64,000 nt of DNA from Octopus vulgaris (Eukaryota), in the NCBI GenBank assembly GCA_951406725.2, contig OX597833.1:50840001-50904000 (forward strand), in the 5' to 3' direction. Made by a program: the position numbers and the translations under genes. Of this stretch, positions 1-16,683 are shown in pieces. Each line of letters starts with the position of its first letter. Positions within the stretch are counted from its first letter, which is position 1. A model generated the notes under the pieces. That model made no database searches, was not told where the DNA came from, and saw only the letters and a list, made by a program, of their open reading frames with translations.

Positions 1-193
1 AAGTACCAGGCAAGTACTGGAGATCGATTTAATCCTCTTATCCTCTCTTCTCAAAAGCTGTTGACCTTCAATCCTGCAACAGACGGGCGTCTCGTTCAGT
101 GTTCAACTTCTACTTACTTCATCGACCCCCGGAAGCATAAAAGGCGATGTCAACATCGGCAGAATTTTAACATAAAATGTGAGAAGAGATACC

Positions 194-427
194 TATTTCT
201 TTACTACCCACAAGGGGCTAAACATAGAGAGGACAAACAAGGACAGACAAACGGATTAAGTCGATTATATCGATCCCAGTGCGTAACTGGTACGTATTTA
301 ATCGACCCCGAAAGGATGAAAGGCAAAGTCGACCTTGGCGGAATTTGAACTCAGAACGTAACGGCAGACGAAATACCACGATGCATTTCGCTCGGCGTGC
401 TAACGTTTCTGCCAGCTCGTCGCCTTT
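194..427 (-). mobile_element. SINE family A, young full-length copy nested in an older family A copy (111-193 and 447-490)
   Basis: Minus strand reads GGCGACGAGCTGGCAGAAACG (A-box-like) ... GAGTTCAAATTCC (B box) ... TTTCATCCTTTCGGGGTCGAT ... AAAGAAATA. Flanked by a 19-bp direct repeat AAATGTGAGAAGAGATACC at 175-193 and 428-446. Confidence 0.9.
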
Positions 428-552
428 AAATGTGAGAAGAGATACCGCTAAGAATATTGCCCGACACGATAACGAATCTCCCGCTCTGATGACCTCGTAC
501 CTAATTCAGAAACCGAAAAGCAAGAAAAATAATAACAATAAGTATAGTAACA

Positions 553-770
553 ATTCTTTCTACTAAAGGCACATGACCTGAAATCTGGGGGCGAAGGGGC
601 TTGTCGATTACATCGGCCGCAGTGCGTCACTTTTACTTAATTTATAGACTCCGACAAAAAAAAAAAAAATGAAAGGTAAAGTCGGCTCCACCAGAATTTG
701 AACTCAGAACGTAAGGACGAACGAAATGTGACTAACTATTTTGCTAGCGACCTTGCCAGCTCACCGGGTT
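553..770 (-). mobile_element. SINE family A, diverged copy
   Basis: Matches the family A body (GTCGATTACATCG, GAATTTGAACTCAGAACGTAA, GCCAGCTCACCG). Confidence 0.8.
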
Positions 771-793
771 AAGTGTAGCTGAAATGTTATTAG

Positions 794-860
<67 letters not shown>

Positions 861-2145
861 GTGTGTATGCATGTATCTGCATGTGTATGAATGTATACAT
901 ACGTAATTCTTTTACTGGTTCAGGTCAGTGATGTGTGGGCGCCTGTGTAGTGAGTGGTAAGCCATTAAAGTTCTTTCATTTATGCCCGGTATTCAGTAAA
1001 TACTCGCGTTTGATGTCACTTGCCCTGACGTTCCTCTTCCGATGTGAACTAGGCTAATCCCGGATATTGCCTCAGAGCAATTTCAATAAGTTCCCACCCA
1101 CGTGCATGCATATCTGTTACTGGTTTTAAAACTCAATATTAAACGACTTACGTAACATTCATGGCTAATGCTGAAAACCTTCCCCAAATTATTGTGCATA
1201 ACTAGACTCGTGTTTCCATGAAGTGGGACATAACTTTAGTTTAGCTGGTGCATAGAAAAATAAACCGACTTAATCCATTGCCGTAGCCATTTTGCTGTGT
1301 TATGTAGAGACCATAGCTCGAAGCAATAATCGATGGGAGTGTGAACAAAACATCCTTTGCAAAACCAGCATGGAGTCTTTTTCTCTAAATTTTCTTAGAA
1401 TCTACCCTGTCTACCCTCCAAGCCGTCTGCACGTTCTTGGCACAGTAGTACTATGGACATGATACGGGAATTATAACTCATTATTAATCTAAGATATTGC
1501 ATAGTTTCTGATTGGGTTAACAATGACTTTTATCTCTGTACGTTAGGCTTCCAAATTTGAAAGAGCTAACGGCAAAATCTATAAATGTTTCCAGCATCGA
1601 ATTTCTGTACATATTAATTTCATCAGCGAAGTTGCATGTGAAGTGAAGACAATTAATTAAGTTTTTGAGAAAACCATGGAAAATGTTGAATATCTCGATA
1701 GGAGTACATCAACAACAGAGCTAATGACAAGCGCTGTTTCAATAACTGAGAATAAGCCTGCAATATACTTTCAAAGGAAATATTCATTAGCTTTGCTTCC
1801 TGTATTATAATACAAGCTGCAAAGCCTTTTCTTTAAACCTAATGTTTTCTGACTAAGACTTGTCTTTTGTAATTAAAAAGCTATTGTATGATTTACATCA
1901 CTTACTAAGATTTCTAGCTATATGATATTATGTATCCTATGTTGTTATTCTGTAATCGACTTTGTTGAAAGATATGGGACATAAGCGCACACACATGCAT
2001 ACACGCACACACAAGCTCGCACACGTACACCTATCTATAAATACGTATATGTATAGATATATACACACACACAAACATATATGTATACATACATAAGATA
2101 CGTACACATACACACGTGTATACATTGCATATATATGCAATGTAT

Positions 2146-2195
<50 letters not shown>

Positions 2196-2489
2196 TGTGT
2201 GTGTGTGTAACAGTACACTCCGGGTGGAGCAGTGAAGTTCTGCATGGCTAAAAGAAATGGAGATATTTCAAATAAAGAAATGTGTCTTATGCCGTGAGAA
2301 AGAAAACGAGCCTGATGTTTCTGGCAGAAACACTTCATCAGAGTGAAATGAAATATCATCTGGTGCTGAAAGTTATATAAACTGGGCGTCGTAACCAAGA
2401 CGGAAAGAGATTAGAGGAAACATTATTTAGATATTCATAATAATTACAATGAGAAGCACAACATCTAGTTTCGGAGATTTTAGGCATGT

Positions 2490-3830
2490 TTTAAAGTAGG
2501 TTTTGGTCGGTGATTCTAAATATGCCATCAGGTTTTCTCCACCAGCTCTGATTATAGAAGTATTTTAAACCCCTAATCGCTGCGCATACAACGATTGGGC
2601 TCAAGGGTTGATGACTACAAAGCACTATCGTTGCCCTTTGGACGAAAAAGCAAGAACATATTTATTTATGATTAAATTATTCCATAAAGTCAGATAATGG
2701 TGAAACAACGTAGAAAGGCATTATGGACACAATGTTGATTTACTACGAAGTCAGACAAAAGCAGAGCTTCAGAGATTCCTTGTGGTGAGCTGCCTTAAGA
2801 CAATCGCATTGAATGGCCCAGTTTTCATCCACTATCATATGGCAATTGCCGTTATCTTTCTTCCTTATTCCTTAAATATTAGTTAAATCGTTCACCTGTT
2901 CATGTCTTGGGTCACTAAGTTTGTCTGGGAAACGATCCAAATAGCTGTGGATGTAATGCACTTTCACGGAAAAATAGAACATGTTTTCCACTAGTTCAGA
3001 GTAGTTATCTATTTTATATTTCCCCAGAAATTTCCTTACAGCCAGAGTGAACGTGCTTCTACTTCAGAATTGTTTATTGAATCTTGGAAATGTGGGTCTT
3101 TTATGATTTTTGGCCCGTCGAAAATACCTTCAGTTTCTCCTTGCTCGGCGCTTGACGTTCACTGCGTATGTTGTCAAAGCAGTCCTTCAGAGACTATTTC
3201 ATTAAATTTGTAGCGAATTTGAAGTGCTGTGGTGGTAAAAGGATCCTATCTCTTCCAGGCAAGATTTCTGCTATTGCATTCTTTTCTCCAACGAAGATGG
3301 TTTCTTTCAGAGGTCATTGTTTTCTCATCCTGTGCTCATCCTTAGATCTACTATCACAGATACACATAAAGGAGAGGTAATTTGAGTATCCGCTCTGCAG
3401 CTCCAGGAGAAATTTGAAATTTCAAGATTCACACAGATTAGCCTTTGGTGGTCGTGGTATATCTTCTGCAAGACCAACGTAATTATTTCTTATCACCTCT
3501 TCATCTTATATCAGTGACCAATTAGAATCGATCCATATTTGTTGTTATTGTGTAAAGGCATATATTAGGCTTCGCTCTCTATGAAAAGCCGCCATTTACT
3601 TGCAACAAATTTTGATGTACCCATTTTCATCAGCAAGCTTTGAACATCGTTGCGTAAGATGAAATCGATTTCATCTGAGAAGATGAGCAGTATTACAACT
3701 TTTCCACTGCGCAAGTATGTAATTCAGGTTACGTGCATTATATCAGAAACTAACTCTGCTTGAAACCAATGGCAGTTATATTTTTAGGCTCTGGTGTGAA
3801 TATACCTAGAATCGGGACTAAAATCTAAGG
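2490..3830 (-). pseudogene. Degenerate DNA-transposon transposase relic, probably Chapaev3/CMC-like
   Basis: Frameshifted minus-strand peptides GIFDGPKI (~3100-3130), FLGN (~3020-3035), VKVHYIHSYLDRFPDKLSDPRHEQ (~2895-2970) and HMIVDENWAI (~2810-2840) resemble the GIFxGPQIR / HSHLDxFPxNLGxxSDEQGERFHQ / MADYCW motifs. Family name is from memory, not from a search. Confidence 0.6.
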
Positions 3831-4743
3831 CAATAAAAGAAAAAAATCTCTCTTGAAATTGTTCTTCAAATATATTCCTCCAACTTATCGCTATCTTTCT
3901 AATTATTCTGTACCATTTAATATCTCAAATCTGTCAGACGAAGAATGAAGCTTGACATGTTAGCCTTTCCGGCATAAAATATATTCCTTTCATTGATCTA
4001 CAAAGTATATGACAATGACTTATCATTCGATGAGCAGCTGTTTCAGTATTTAATTGCAATGATATACATGTCGTATGAGAGACATTCAACTTTAACGGAA
4101 AATGTACAGATTATCAATTACCAAGTTATTTCCCTCTCAGAAAAAATAAGTTTCTCTCTCATATTTTATATTGCAACCTTTCTAGATATGCAAGCATTTG
4201 TACCTGCTTCGTTGTCTGTACAGCATATGTGCGTTTAGAAGTTTTTTCAAATCTTACCACAGTCAGTGTATCGTCAGATAGTATAAGAAATGGTTTAGCT
4301 TGAAACTTTTTCCATAGTTTTAGAAGAAAACGGGAAGCATCAGTAGTTATCTGTATAACATTTGATCTCTGTCAAGAATTCGTTACGTAGTTATGCTCAT
4401 GAATGCATCACTTTCTACATATGTATGAGAGTATATGATAATACACAGGCGCGCATGTGTATTTGTACGTGAGCGTGTGTGTGTATGTGAGTGTGTGTGT
4501 GTGTGAGTGTGTGTGTGTTTTATGTGGTTGCTGTGATTGATTAAATGTATGCATAATGTAGATATTGACAATTAGAATATTCCAAAATTTTTCACTGATA
4601 TGAAAGGCGTGTGTATCAGTTTATGTGTGTGATTCTGTATGTGTATGTGTTTGTGTATTTGTGTGTGTATATGTGTGTGTGAATGTGTTTCTATGAGTGC
4701 TTGCATGTGTGTATGGTTGTTTCTGTCTTTCTATGTGTATGTG

Positions 4744-4792
<49 letters not shown>

Positions 4793-5294
4793 TTGGTTTT
4801 GTGACTGCTTGCATGTGTGTGTCTCTTTCTTTCAGTGTATGTGTTTATGTGTGTATATGTGTGTATGTGTGTGAATGTGTTTCTATGAGTGCTTGCATGT
4901 ATGCATGGTCGTTTTTCTTCGTGTGTATGTGCATGTGTGTGCGTGCGTGTGTCTCTGTGTGTGCATATGTGTGAGTGGTCACACACACATGAAGATATAT
5001 TGCAATGCTTCTTACTTTGACTAAATTCACACACATAAGCAGATATCACAGATATCACAGAAGCTTTATCCAAACACACTCGCATACACAAGGTCACACG
5101 CAAATGCATAAGAGTGAAACAGATATATGCATTATTACTGCATATATGCATATGCATCAGATTATGTGAGCTTTTACTTACAGCCGAGTATTCACCAGTT
5201 TAAATATCAACGGGAGTGCGATTGTACAAATAGACATATATTGGCAGCAGATATATGTATGTGCGCGGGAGTTCGTACTATATGCATAAATCTA

Positions 5295-5400
<106 letters not shown>

Positions 5401-5426
5401 TAAATATATATATATATTTATATCTA

Positions 5427-5491
<65 letters not shown>

Positions 5492-5558
5492 GTGTGTCTG
5501 TGTGTGTGTATCTATATATCTGTATGAATATCTACCTATCCACACACTCACACACACA

Positions 5559-5623
<65 letters not shown>

Positions 5624-6325
5624 GTATATATATGACTGTCCATATTGCAGGCATTTCATTATGGAAGTTATAGCTATCCAGAACGTCAGTTCCAATCGAG
5701 AACCAATTGTAGCCAAGTTCGAAATTATACATTTGAAAAATCTTTTTATTTCCTAAGTTAATCATTTTACCAGAGAATAAATTCTTAGACAATAATATGA
5801 AGTGGCTAATATTCCATTCCTGATTTTAATGGCTGACTTCTGGGACAATGCATATATGGTAACAATAGAAATGAAATGGCGAAACTTTGGAGAGCATTTA
5901 ATGCTGCATTCCTCAAATGAAAAATAAATTCATTTTCGCATTTCGCTTTTCATTAAAATCATTCTTCGGGAATGTCTGTCTTCAGAAGACTTCTGAGAAC
6001 ATAAAGTCACGAGATGTAAAGATATTAAATATTTGGAGTGGATATTGAAATATTAATATCATCTGCGTCGTATGTCTTTCGTGTTTGGATGCGTGCTTGT
6101 ATGGGAAGCGTGCGTGTATGGCCACATGCGTGTAGATCCGCGTACGTCGTAGAGCCGAGTGTATGTGTGATGATGTCGATAAATGTGTGTGACTGTGCAT
6201 CTTTGCACCAATGTGTATGTATGAATGCGTATGAGCATATGTATTCAGATGCATGTGTAGATGCATAATAGAATGTATGTGCGCGTGTGAATGCGTATGC
6301 AATTGTGCCTCTTTGTATCTACGTA

Positions 6326-6712
6326 TACTCTTTTACTCTTTTACTTGTTCCAGTCATTTGACTGCGACCATGCAGGAGCACCGCCTTTAGTCGACCAAAT
6401 CGACCCCAGGACTTATTTTTGTAACCCTAGTACTTATTCTATCGGTCTGTTTGGCCGAGCTGCTAAGTTACAGGGACGCAAACAAGCGATGTTATGGGGA
6501 GTGGGGGCAAACACCACAAACACACACACACACACACATACACACACACACGACGGGCTTCTTTCAGTTTCCGCCTGCCAAATCCACTCACAAGGCTTTC
6601 GTCGGCCCGATGCTATAGTAGAAGACACTTGCCCAAGGTGTCACGCAGTGGGACTGAACCCGAAACCATGTGGTTGGTAAGCAAGCTACTTACCATTCAG
6701 CCACTCCTGCGC
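6326..6712 (-). mobile_element. SINE family B (tRNA head, CORE-like segment, internal microsatellite)
   Basis: Head GCGCAGGAGTGGCTG..GGTAAG, B box GGGTTCAGTCCC, CORE-like CACCTTGGGCAAGTG, internal (CA)n, tail AAACAAGTAAAAGAGTAAAAGAG (all on the minus strand). Confidence 0.9.
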
Positions 6713-7050
6713 GTGAAAATCTGTATGAATGTATACATGCGTGAGATTCTATGTGTCCATGTGTATACTGGATGTGCGACTCTCCTTGTGTTTGATTTTA
6801 AATGGTGATGGTCATCTGTGTTGGTACGTTTGCACACAAATGTGGGTATATCTTGTTTCTGCGTCTATGCCATATATGAAAGTGAGTTTTATATAATCGT
6901 GTGAGGCTGTACATGAGTGTATGCGAGCATCCTTCTTATTTATGGTGGCGTGTATACGTATGTATGTATGTATGTATGTATGTATGTATGTATGTATGTA
7001 TGTATGTATGTATGTATGTATGTATGTATGTATGTATGAATGTATGTATG

Positions 7051-7082
<32 letters not shown>

Positions 7083-7083
7083 A

Positions 7084-7118
<35 letters not shown>

Positions 7119-7329
7119 TATATGTATGTATGTATGTGTATGTATGAATATGTATGTATGCATTATGTATGTATGTATGAATGTATGTATGTATGTATGT
7201 ATGTATGTATGAATGTATGTGTGTATGTATGTATGTACGTATGTATGTATGTATGTATATATGTATGTATATCTCGCTGAAATTTTGGTGACTATCTCTG
7301 TCACTGTCTCATGACCATCTCTCTCACAC

Positions 7330-7361
<32 letters not shown>

Positions 7362-7748
7362 ACTCTCTCTCTCTCTCTCTCTCAATGTCTTTCTTCTGAA
7401 TAGTAATCCTATGTTTCGCGACCTTCACATATACATACATATTCTCTGTTTTTATATCTGCACATATTTTCTGTATCCATATCAGCACATATATACACAT
7501 ATTTTTTTCTGTATCGATATCTGCCCACCTATATCTTAACGAGCCGCATCCACAAACGTACAGACACACGAGGACACACAGACACACATTCTTATATACG
7601 TTCAAGCATACAAACATATATACATTTATCCATGTGTATATCCATGCATAAATACATATAGAAATACATACATACATACATACTTAAACACACACACTAA
7701 CGCATGCATACTTACAACCATACAGCATATATATATATATATAAAGTC

Positions 7749-7870
7749 TGTGGCTTCCCAACCACATATTTCCGGGTTCAGTCCCACTGCGCGGCACCTT
7801 GGGCAAGTGTCTTCAACTATAGCCCCGAGCCGGCCAAATCCACTCATAAGTGCATTTGGTAGACAGAGAC

Positions 7871-7872
<2 letters not shown>
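7749..7872 (+). mobile_element. SINE family B, 5' part
   Basis: CCGGGTTCAGTCCCACTGCGCGGCACCTTGGGCAAGTGTCTTC, running into (TA)n. A matching 3' part occurs at ~10010-10085. Confidence 0.8.
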
Positions 7873-7917
<45 letters not shown>

Positions 7918-7926
7918 ATATATCTA

Positions 7927-9789
<1,863 letters not shown>

Positions 9790-10390
9790 TAGATAAACTT
9801 AGATATGTTTCGACCAGAGATTGGTCCAGGCCATGTCTAACTTAATAGCACCACCTGATAGTATTATTCGAATCCTGTTTAAGTCAAGTTTTGTTCAAGT
9901 AGTGAGTTCTTGTTGGGTGAGTTGTATCCAGTTTTGTTCAAGTAGTGAGTTCTTGATGTATATATATATATATACATATATATTTGTATATATTTAAGTA
10001 TATTAAGTTACGTCCCTGTAACTTAGCGGTTCAGCAAAAGAGATTGATAGAAGGACCAAGCTTACAAAGAATAAGTCCTGGAGTCGTGTGTGTGTATATG
10101 TATACATTTACGTATTTATGTATTTAAATGGAATAAATATAAAAATTATTCTCTTATATGGTTTTTGCGCAGACTGGTTGATAAATTCTTATATAGATAT
10201 TTTCCTATATTAAATTTTCAATACATGCTTAAATATATATGTATGCATACATAAACATATGTATATTGGTATAAATTAATATCCCTAATAACATACAACA
10301 GAAGATATGCGCATTTTTATAACTATATAAGATAGTTGAAATTCACCTAAGATTAACATGTAAGATCAATACATACATACATGCATACAT

Positions 10391-10463
<73 letters not shown>

Positions 10464-11493
10464 CATGTACTTTTGCATGTATACATATACATCTATGATT
10501 GCATCTGTGTATTTATGCATATATCATGCAGCTCATGCATACAGTGTAATTGGTGAAAGTAATATGGCGAACCTACATACATATACACATAGGCACACAA
10601 CCAATTTCAGTTACGTACGCTTATCTCCCCATATTCATGAACGAAGCATCCTAGGGCGACCTGCTGGCATCGTTCGGTTACACAAGAAACCTAATGCTAA
10701 ATACATGCATGCATACACAGACGTATATATACACACACACGCACTTACTCACAGATATGTTTCTGTATGTGTGCTTATGTATGTATATGTATGTATTTAT
10801 ATGTATGTATGCATATATGTATGTATACATATGTATATGTATGTATATGTTTGTATTTATGTATTTATGTTTGAATATATATGTACGTATATATGTATGT
10901 ATATGTATGTATATATATGTATATGTATTTATATGTTTGCATTTATGTATTTATGTATTTATGTATGTATATTGCCATTGACTGTCATCAATTTGAAGAA
11001 CTGAACTTTCTTGGAAATGTTCTCGAATATATACCAATTCCATTGATTCTAATCTGCATCAATTCGACGTGAGCTCTGACATTTCTATTTTCTCTAAAGC
11101 ACACATCAACCTATTTTAGCGATTCATTGATATTTTTATAAATTACTTGTTTGCTTCAATCTTCGTTGCTTTCTTTAGTTACTTTATCATTTCAAGTTAA
11201 GTTTGGTTCAGACCCTGCCTTGCATTTCAAAAACAGTGTCCAGCTATCGTATTGTGTTGTACAGAAGGGATTTCTTGGCGAAAATATCCCTACCATATTA
11301 TATGTAGTCTTTTATCCTGTATATAAAATATATGCGTCACACACACACACACAAACGTATACATACAGGCACATAAGAACACGCAGAGTATATACACATA
11401 CTTACACATATATGTGAATACTCACACACACACACACACATATATATATAAGTGTATACATCTATAGCTATATAGCTATTATATATGTGTATA

Positions 11494-11556
<63 letters not shown>

Positions 11557-12252
11557 CTATTATATATGTATACATGTGTGTGTGTACACATGTTATATAT
11601 ATACATGCATACAGGTGTGTGTATGAGTGTGCACGCAGCGCGCGTGTGTGTTGTTCAAAATAGTTTCGTTCGGATTCTGTGCTATTTCAGGTTTCGAAGG
11701 CCGTTCAAACTTGAACTAGCACGGAATCCAAAACAAACTTTGTTTGCTACAATACTTGTAAATCCTAATCAATGTGGTGAGTGCCCTTCCTTTCGTTTGT
11801 CCATATATATACAATCGCAAACACAGACACAAACAAACACACAAACTCACACAAAAACACACACTCTCTCTCTCTCTCTCTCTCTCTCGCACACACATAC
11901 ACACAGACTCACACATATACATATATAAAGTTATTATCGCAGCTATATACGAACAGATATCAAACTCTGCTTGTAACAGGCCCATTTTAGGATCGTGTTC
12001 TCAGCGCAGTAGTTGGGGCAAACTTCATCTGCTATATGATAGACTTGACCAGTTATACTTTGCGAATGGAATTTATTGGGAGAAAACTGCGCGGAACAGC
12101 TTTTTAAGATGCACTATATCATGTACATTGTTATTCAGTTAGCAAAAGAAAAACCCCACAAGAAATGATGTTTTAAGACACATAAAGTAGACTTTTTTTT
12201 TACGAGTATTAGAAATTTTGTCTATAAAATTTTAATCATTATAATCTTGTCT

Positions 12253-12545
12253 GCGGAGGCGCAATGGCCCAGTGGTTAGGGCAGCGGAGTCGCGGTCGGA
12301 GGATAGCGCTTTCGATTCCCAGAGCGAAAATACCTAAAACTCCACGAGGCTCCGGCAGGGTGTGGTGGCGACTTCTATTGTACTCTTTCGCCCCAACTTT
12401 CTCTCACTCTCTCTTCCTGTTTCTCGGGGAACGCTGCGATGGACTGACATCCTGTCCACCTGGGGGGAACACATACGCCACAGAAACCGGGAAACCGGTC
12501 CCATGAGCCTGGCTAGGCTTCAAAAGGGCGCATCAAAAAGTAACT
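12253..12545 (+). mobile_element. SINE family C (tRNA-derived head), tail type 1
   Basis: GGAGGCGCAATGGCCCAGTGGTTAGGGCAGCGG..TTCGATTCCC head; 11-bp TSD TAATCTTGTCT at 12242-12252 and 12546-12556. Confidence 0.9.
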
Positions 12546-12946
12546 TAATCTTGTCTACTTTAACATTCCTCTCAGAATATATATAGACGTCACATGTATG
12601 TATATATGTACACCGATAAATGTTCGTGTGCGTATTTAACGTTCACATTGACTTTTTTTCTATACGGTGTGCCGTATTTTGTTTTATAAGTTACTGGGGC
12701 GAAGAAGAGATTTCGATAATGTACGGACTAAAGATAATTAAAACTCCTGAGTGTATGTGGTGAATACCAAAACAATCCTTTGAAACAGATGATGCTCCAG
12801 CATTGCCACAGTGTTATGAATGTAACTGGTGAAAGAACAAACCTATAACCAATAAGAATCTTTGCTTTTAGACTTTCATATATCTTGACAGTACATATAT
12901 TTGAATATGGAACGCAAGTATATTGGTGTATATGTGAATAAGTGTG

Positions 12947-13027
<81 letters not shown>

Positions 13028-13794
13028 GCACACACAGACACACACGCTCACACACTGGCATTCAAAAGTGCTTACATACGTATGTATTCGTGTGTACGCA
13101 TATGCAAGCGTTTTCTGTGGGGGCTTGTGTGTGTATGCGCACGCATATATATATGCACTTTAGAAAAGGAAACTCTTAATATAAACATATATTCATATAT
13201 AGATCATGTCCATTTATCATATGAATATCATTGCCACAAGATATATCGGTATTGATATAATTTCAAGGATACATTGCAAATATCATGGAGGGAGGTAAAC
13301 CTAGTTTATAGATAATGTATTGTTATAAACATATTTACGTATAAGCGCGCCCGCATATATTCACACGCACACGCACGTATTCGTTCATATAGATAGCTAT
13401 ATAAATTAAGATATAAGCACACATACATCATAAGTCTACAATTCTAACACAATTAGGTCGATGGAAACTTAAGCACAGTCATCCTTATATGAAGCTATCA
13501 CAATGAGATAAAGTTACTTGTAAGACATACGTAGATGAATATGTATATATACGTAGGTACGTACGTACAACGTACATACGTATCTATATGCGTCTTGCGT
13601 GCGTTTGAATGCATTGGTATGTATTTCTGTGCATCTGTGGTTTGTGTGTGTAAGTAAAAATAAGCTCGTAAATACCACAGACACAATTGTGAATAACTTA
13701 TGCTGATATAAAAAGCCCCTTCCGGTATGAATGCATCATCTTATCCATCAAGGCCACAGATATCTGTATACACACACAGAGATATATATCTATC

Positions 13795-13925
<131 letters not shown>

Positions 13926-15949
13926 TGTTTATGAAAATGTATAACAAAGAAATAGATATAGTTTATTGATTGTGTCTATTTTTACCATCTATTCATTATT
14001 GTAGGAATATATATCATTGTTGAGTTTAATATAGTAATAGTACCCCTTTCACAAAACATGATACTTGATGCAGTGGACTTGATGGTCAAATGACCATCTC
14101 AGTCTTGAATGCCTTCGGTAATTTTCCACTGTATTATACGAAACTCTCTCATGTTATGTGTGTACCAACTTCTACTTTGGTTCACGTTTTTATATACCCA
14201 AACAAAATAATCTCTCAAATTTGAAATCTTCCCTGTTCGACACAAGCAACAAAGTTAACTAATTTAGCAATAATATAATTAAACCCATTTTTAAAATAAT
14301 TAATTTTGTTGTGATATGTGTAAAGATAAATAAGTACGACTTGATCACTGGATCGATTTGTCTTGACTACTCCTGGGTTTGAATATAAAAACTGTCAAGC
14401 TATGTCGAACCAGAGCGGCAGAGTTAGGCTCATGAAACCAGTATCATTGCAAGCTCAAATTCCCGGCCCTCACATCTGACCGTGGCTGGTGGTGAGTAAA
14501 TGCAGAGGCCTTCGTAGTGTAGTGGACTGAAAGTGTACAATCCAATCCAATTCAAGTGTAAAGTTAGACCTATTTTCATTTTAATTTAGATTAAACAGAT
14601 CATTAAAAAAAGTCATGTTCTTAAAGCACACATTGATTTAGCAGAGACGCTAATACGTTGGGTAGAATGTTTTACAGTATCACTTCTGTAACTTTGCACC
14701 CCGAGTTTAAATTCCGTCGATATTTACACAGCTTTTCGTCTTCCCGAGATTGATAAAATGTACCAAGTCTATCCGATTGATTAGCAGAACTGAAAGAAAA
14801 AATTACGTTGCGGTATTTGTCTTGCTGACTTCAACTTTATCTTTTATCGTTTCTGAGTCTTAATGAATTAAATGCATTTTGATTTCAGCAGAGCATATTC
14901 AAGAATAAAAAAAAAAGGTTTAGTGCATTGAGACCCAAAACGTTGGATTAGTGAAAGTCTAGGAACTTGGGCCAGATCATTTTCCCCATTTTTCCCGGCT
15001 GTTTTGAGTGCTGAATTCAAATTTTATACCTTCTATGTTCTACTTGGGTGGGAAACTTAAAACATGATCCGGTTTTGCACAACCATATTAGCTTAAAGCT
15101 TTTAACAGAGAACTCACCTCTAAAGGTGTCGACCTCGGGGCCCTGATTGAATTTATTCTGTTGCAAGTATTCGGGTAAGCAATCCAGTTTGAGGATCTCT
15201 CTCGCTCTCTCTTTCTTTCTCTCTCTCCGCATTACCAGTTTCTGTTAGTAATGAGATAAAAATGGCTCTTTGTTTAAAAAATCTGTTTCAAGTCTCTATT
15301 TCTACACTCTTTGGGTTGCGAAAGAAGACAAAACTTGCCTATTTATTGTTACTGCCCTCATGAAGGACACAATGCTCGTTTGCACAATTGAATCCACGAT
15401 CTTATTAACATAAACCAAACATCCTTAACCACTTGGCCTTCAGCCTCCTTCATTGTTTTTAGTCACATAGTTTCATAAACATAGTACCGTCCTTACAATG
15501 TTTAAACACTAGTATGACACTTCGCTTCTCTCTTCACCGAATGTTCATAGCATTTTCGTAGGTTTCCGCAGTCATTTGATCCCTGTTCATTCAATACTCC
15601 ATCGTACATTAAATCACTATTCCATCCATAATAAATATTTTTTAAACTTGATATATCATCTAATTGTTCATGAATTAATAATGAACATTATCCACTTAAA
15701 TAATGCAACAGCGCCTCTACTTGAAGCACTTCAACTCTTCCCTGATTACATGAATAATAATTATGTTATGAAAGAAACCATAAACCATAGCTGTCGGTAT
15801 TTAGCTCCCATCAGACTCGATCAAGTAGATTTGAAAACGTGCAAGCCATGGCCATTGTGTCTTATTTTCAGACAGTTTAAGCAAATCTATATACAATGAG
15901 ACCCTATTCTAAAACAGTTATGTCGTAATGCGTTGGCAACATGGCTATT

Positions 15950-16367
15950 ATTTCTTATTTCTTTATTGCCCACAAGCGACTAAACACAGAGGGAACAAAC
16001 AAGGACAGACAAAGGGATTAAGTCTACTACAGTGACCCCAGTGCGTAACTGGTACTTAATTTATCGACCCCGAAAGGATGAAAGGCAAAGTCGACCTCGG
16101 AGGAATTTGAACTCAGAACATAACAGCAGACGAAATACCTGTTTCTTTACTACCCACAAGGGGCTAAAAACAGAGAGGACAAACAAGGACAGACAAACGG
16201 ATTCAGTTGATTATATCAACTCAAGTATGTAACTGGTTCTCGATTTATCGATTCCGAAAGGATGAAAGGTAAAATCAACCTCGGAGGAATTTGAACGCAG
16301 AACGTAACGGCAGACAAAATACCGCTAAACATTTCGCGCGGCGTGCTAACGATACTGCCAGCTCACC
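15950..16367 (-). mobile_element. SINE family A dimer (two units, one head)
   Basis: Units end at GAAATACC (16139) and AAATACC (16323); head GCTAAACATTTCGC..GCCAGCTCACCG occurs once. Confidence 0.9.
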
Positions 16368-16683
16368 GAATTATTTCTAGCAATCTGCTCGAAATAACAG
16401 ATGGCTGTTATTTCTAGAAGATTGAGTGGCCTCTTAGACGCCTCTTCATTGGCTCAAGTACCGCATAATATATCATTTTCCTGATTATACCAATCTGCTT
16501 CTAATCTATAACTCATATATGAATGTATATGATTTATAGTTTAGGAGAATTAATAAATACTTGAAACCTCTCACACGGTGGATTAATGCCAACAATATAC
16601 TCCTAAATTCAGACAAAAGAGATTATATATAACTTTAACTCATATAAAAATCAAATCTTATAAAAGAAAATTGGTTTCACAAA

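Noticed and set aside
61-566. Recurring peptides such as RNWYLIYRPRKDERQSRPRRNLNS (also 16032, 28855, 35315, 44447)
   Set aside because: They are antisense translations of SINE A copies, not a gene family.
900-1930. Unique sequence that might be a decayed coding region
   Set aside because: No ORF or protein motif I could recognise.
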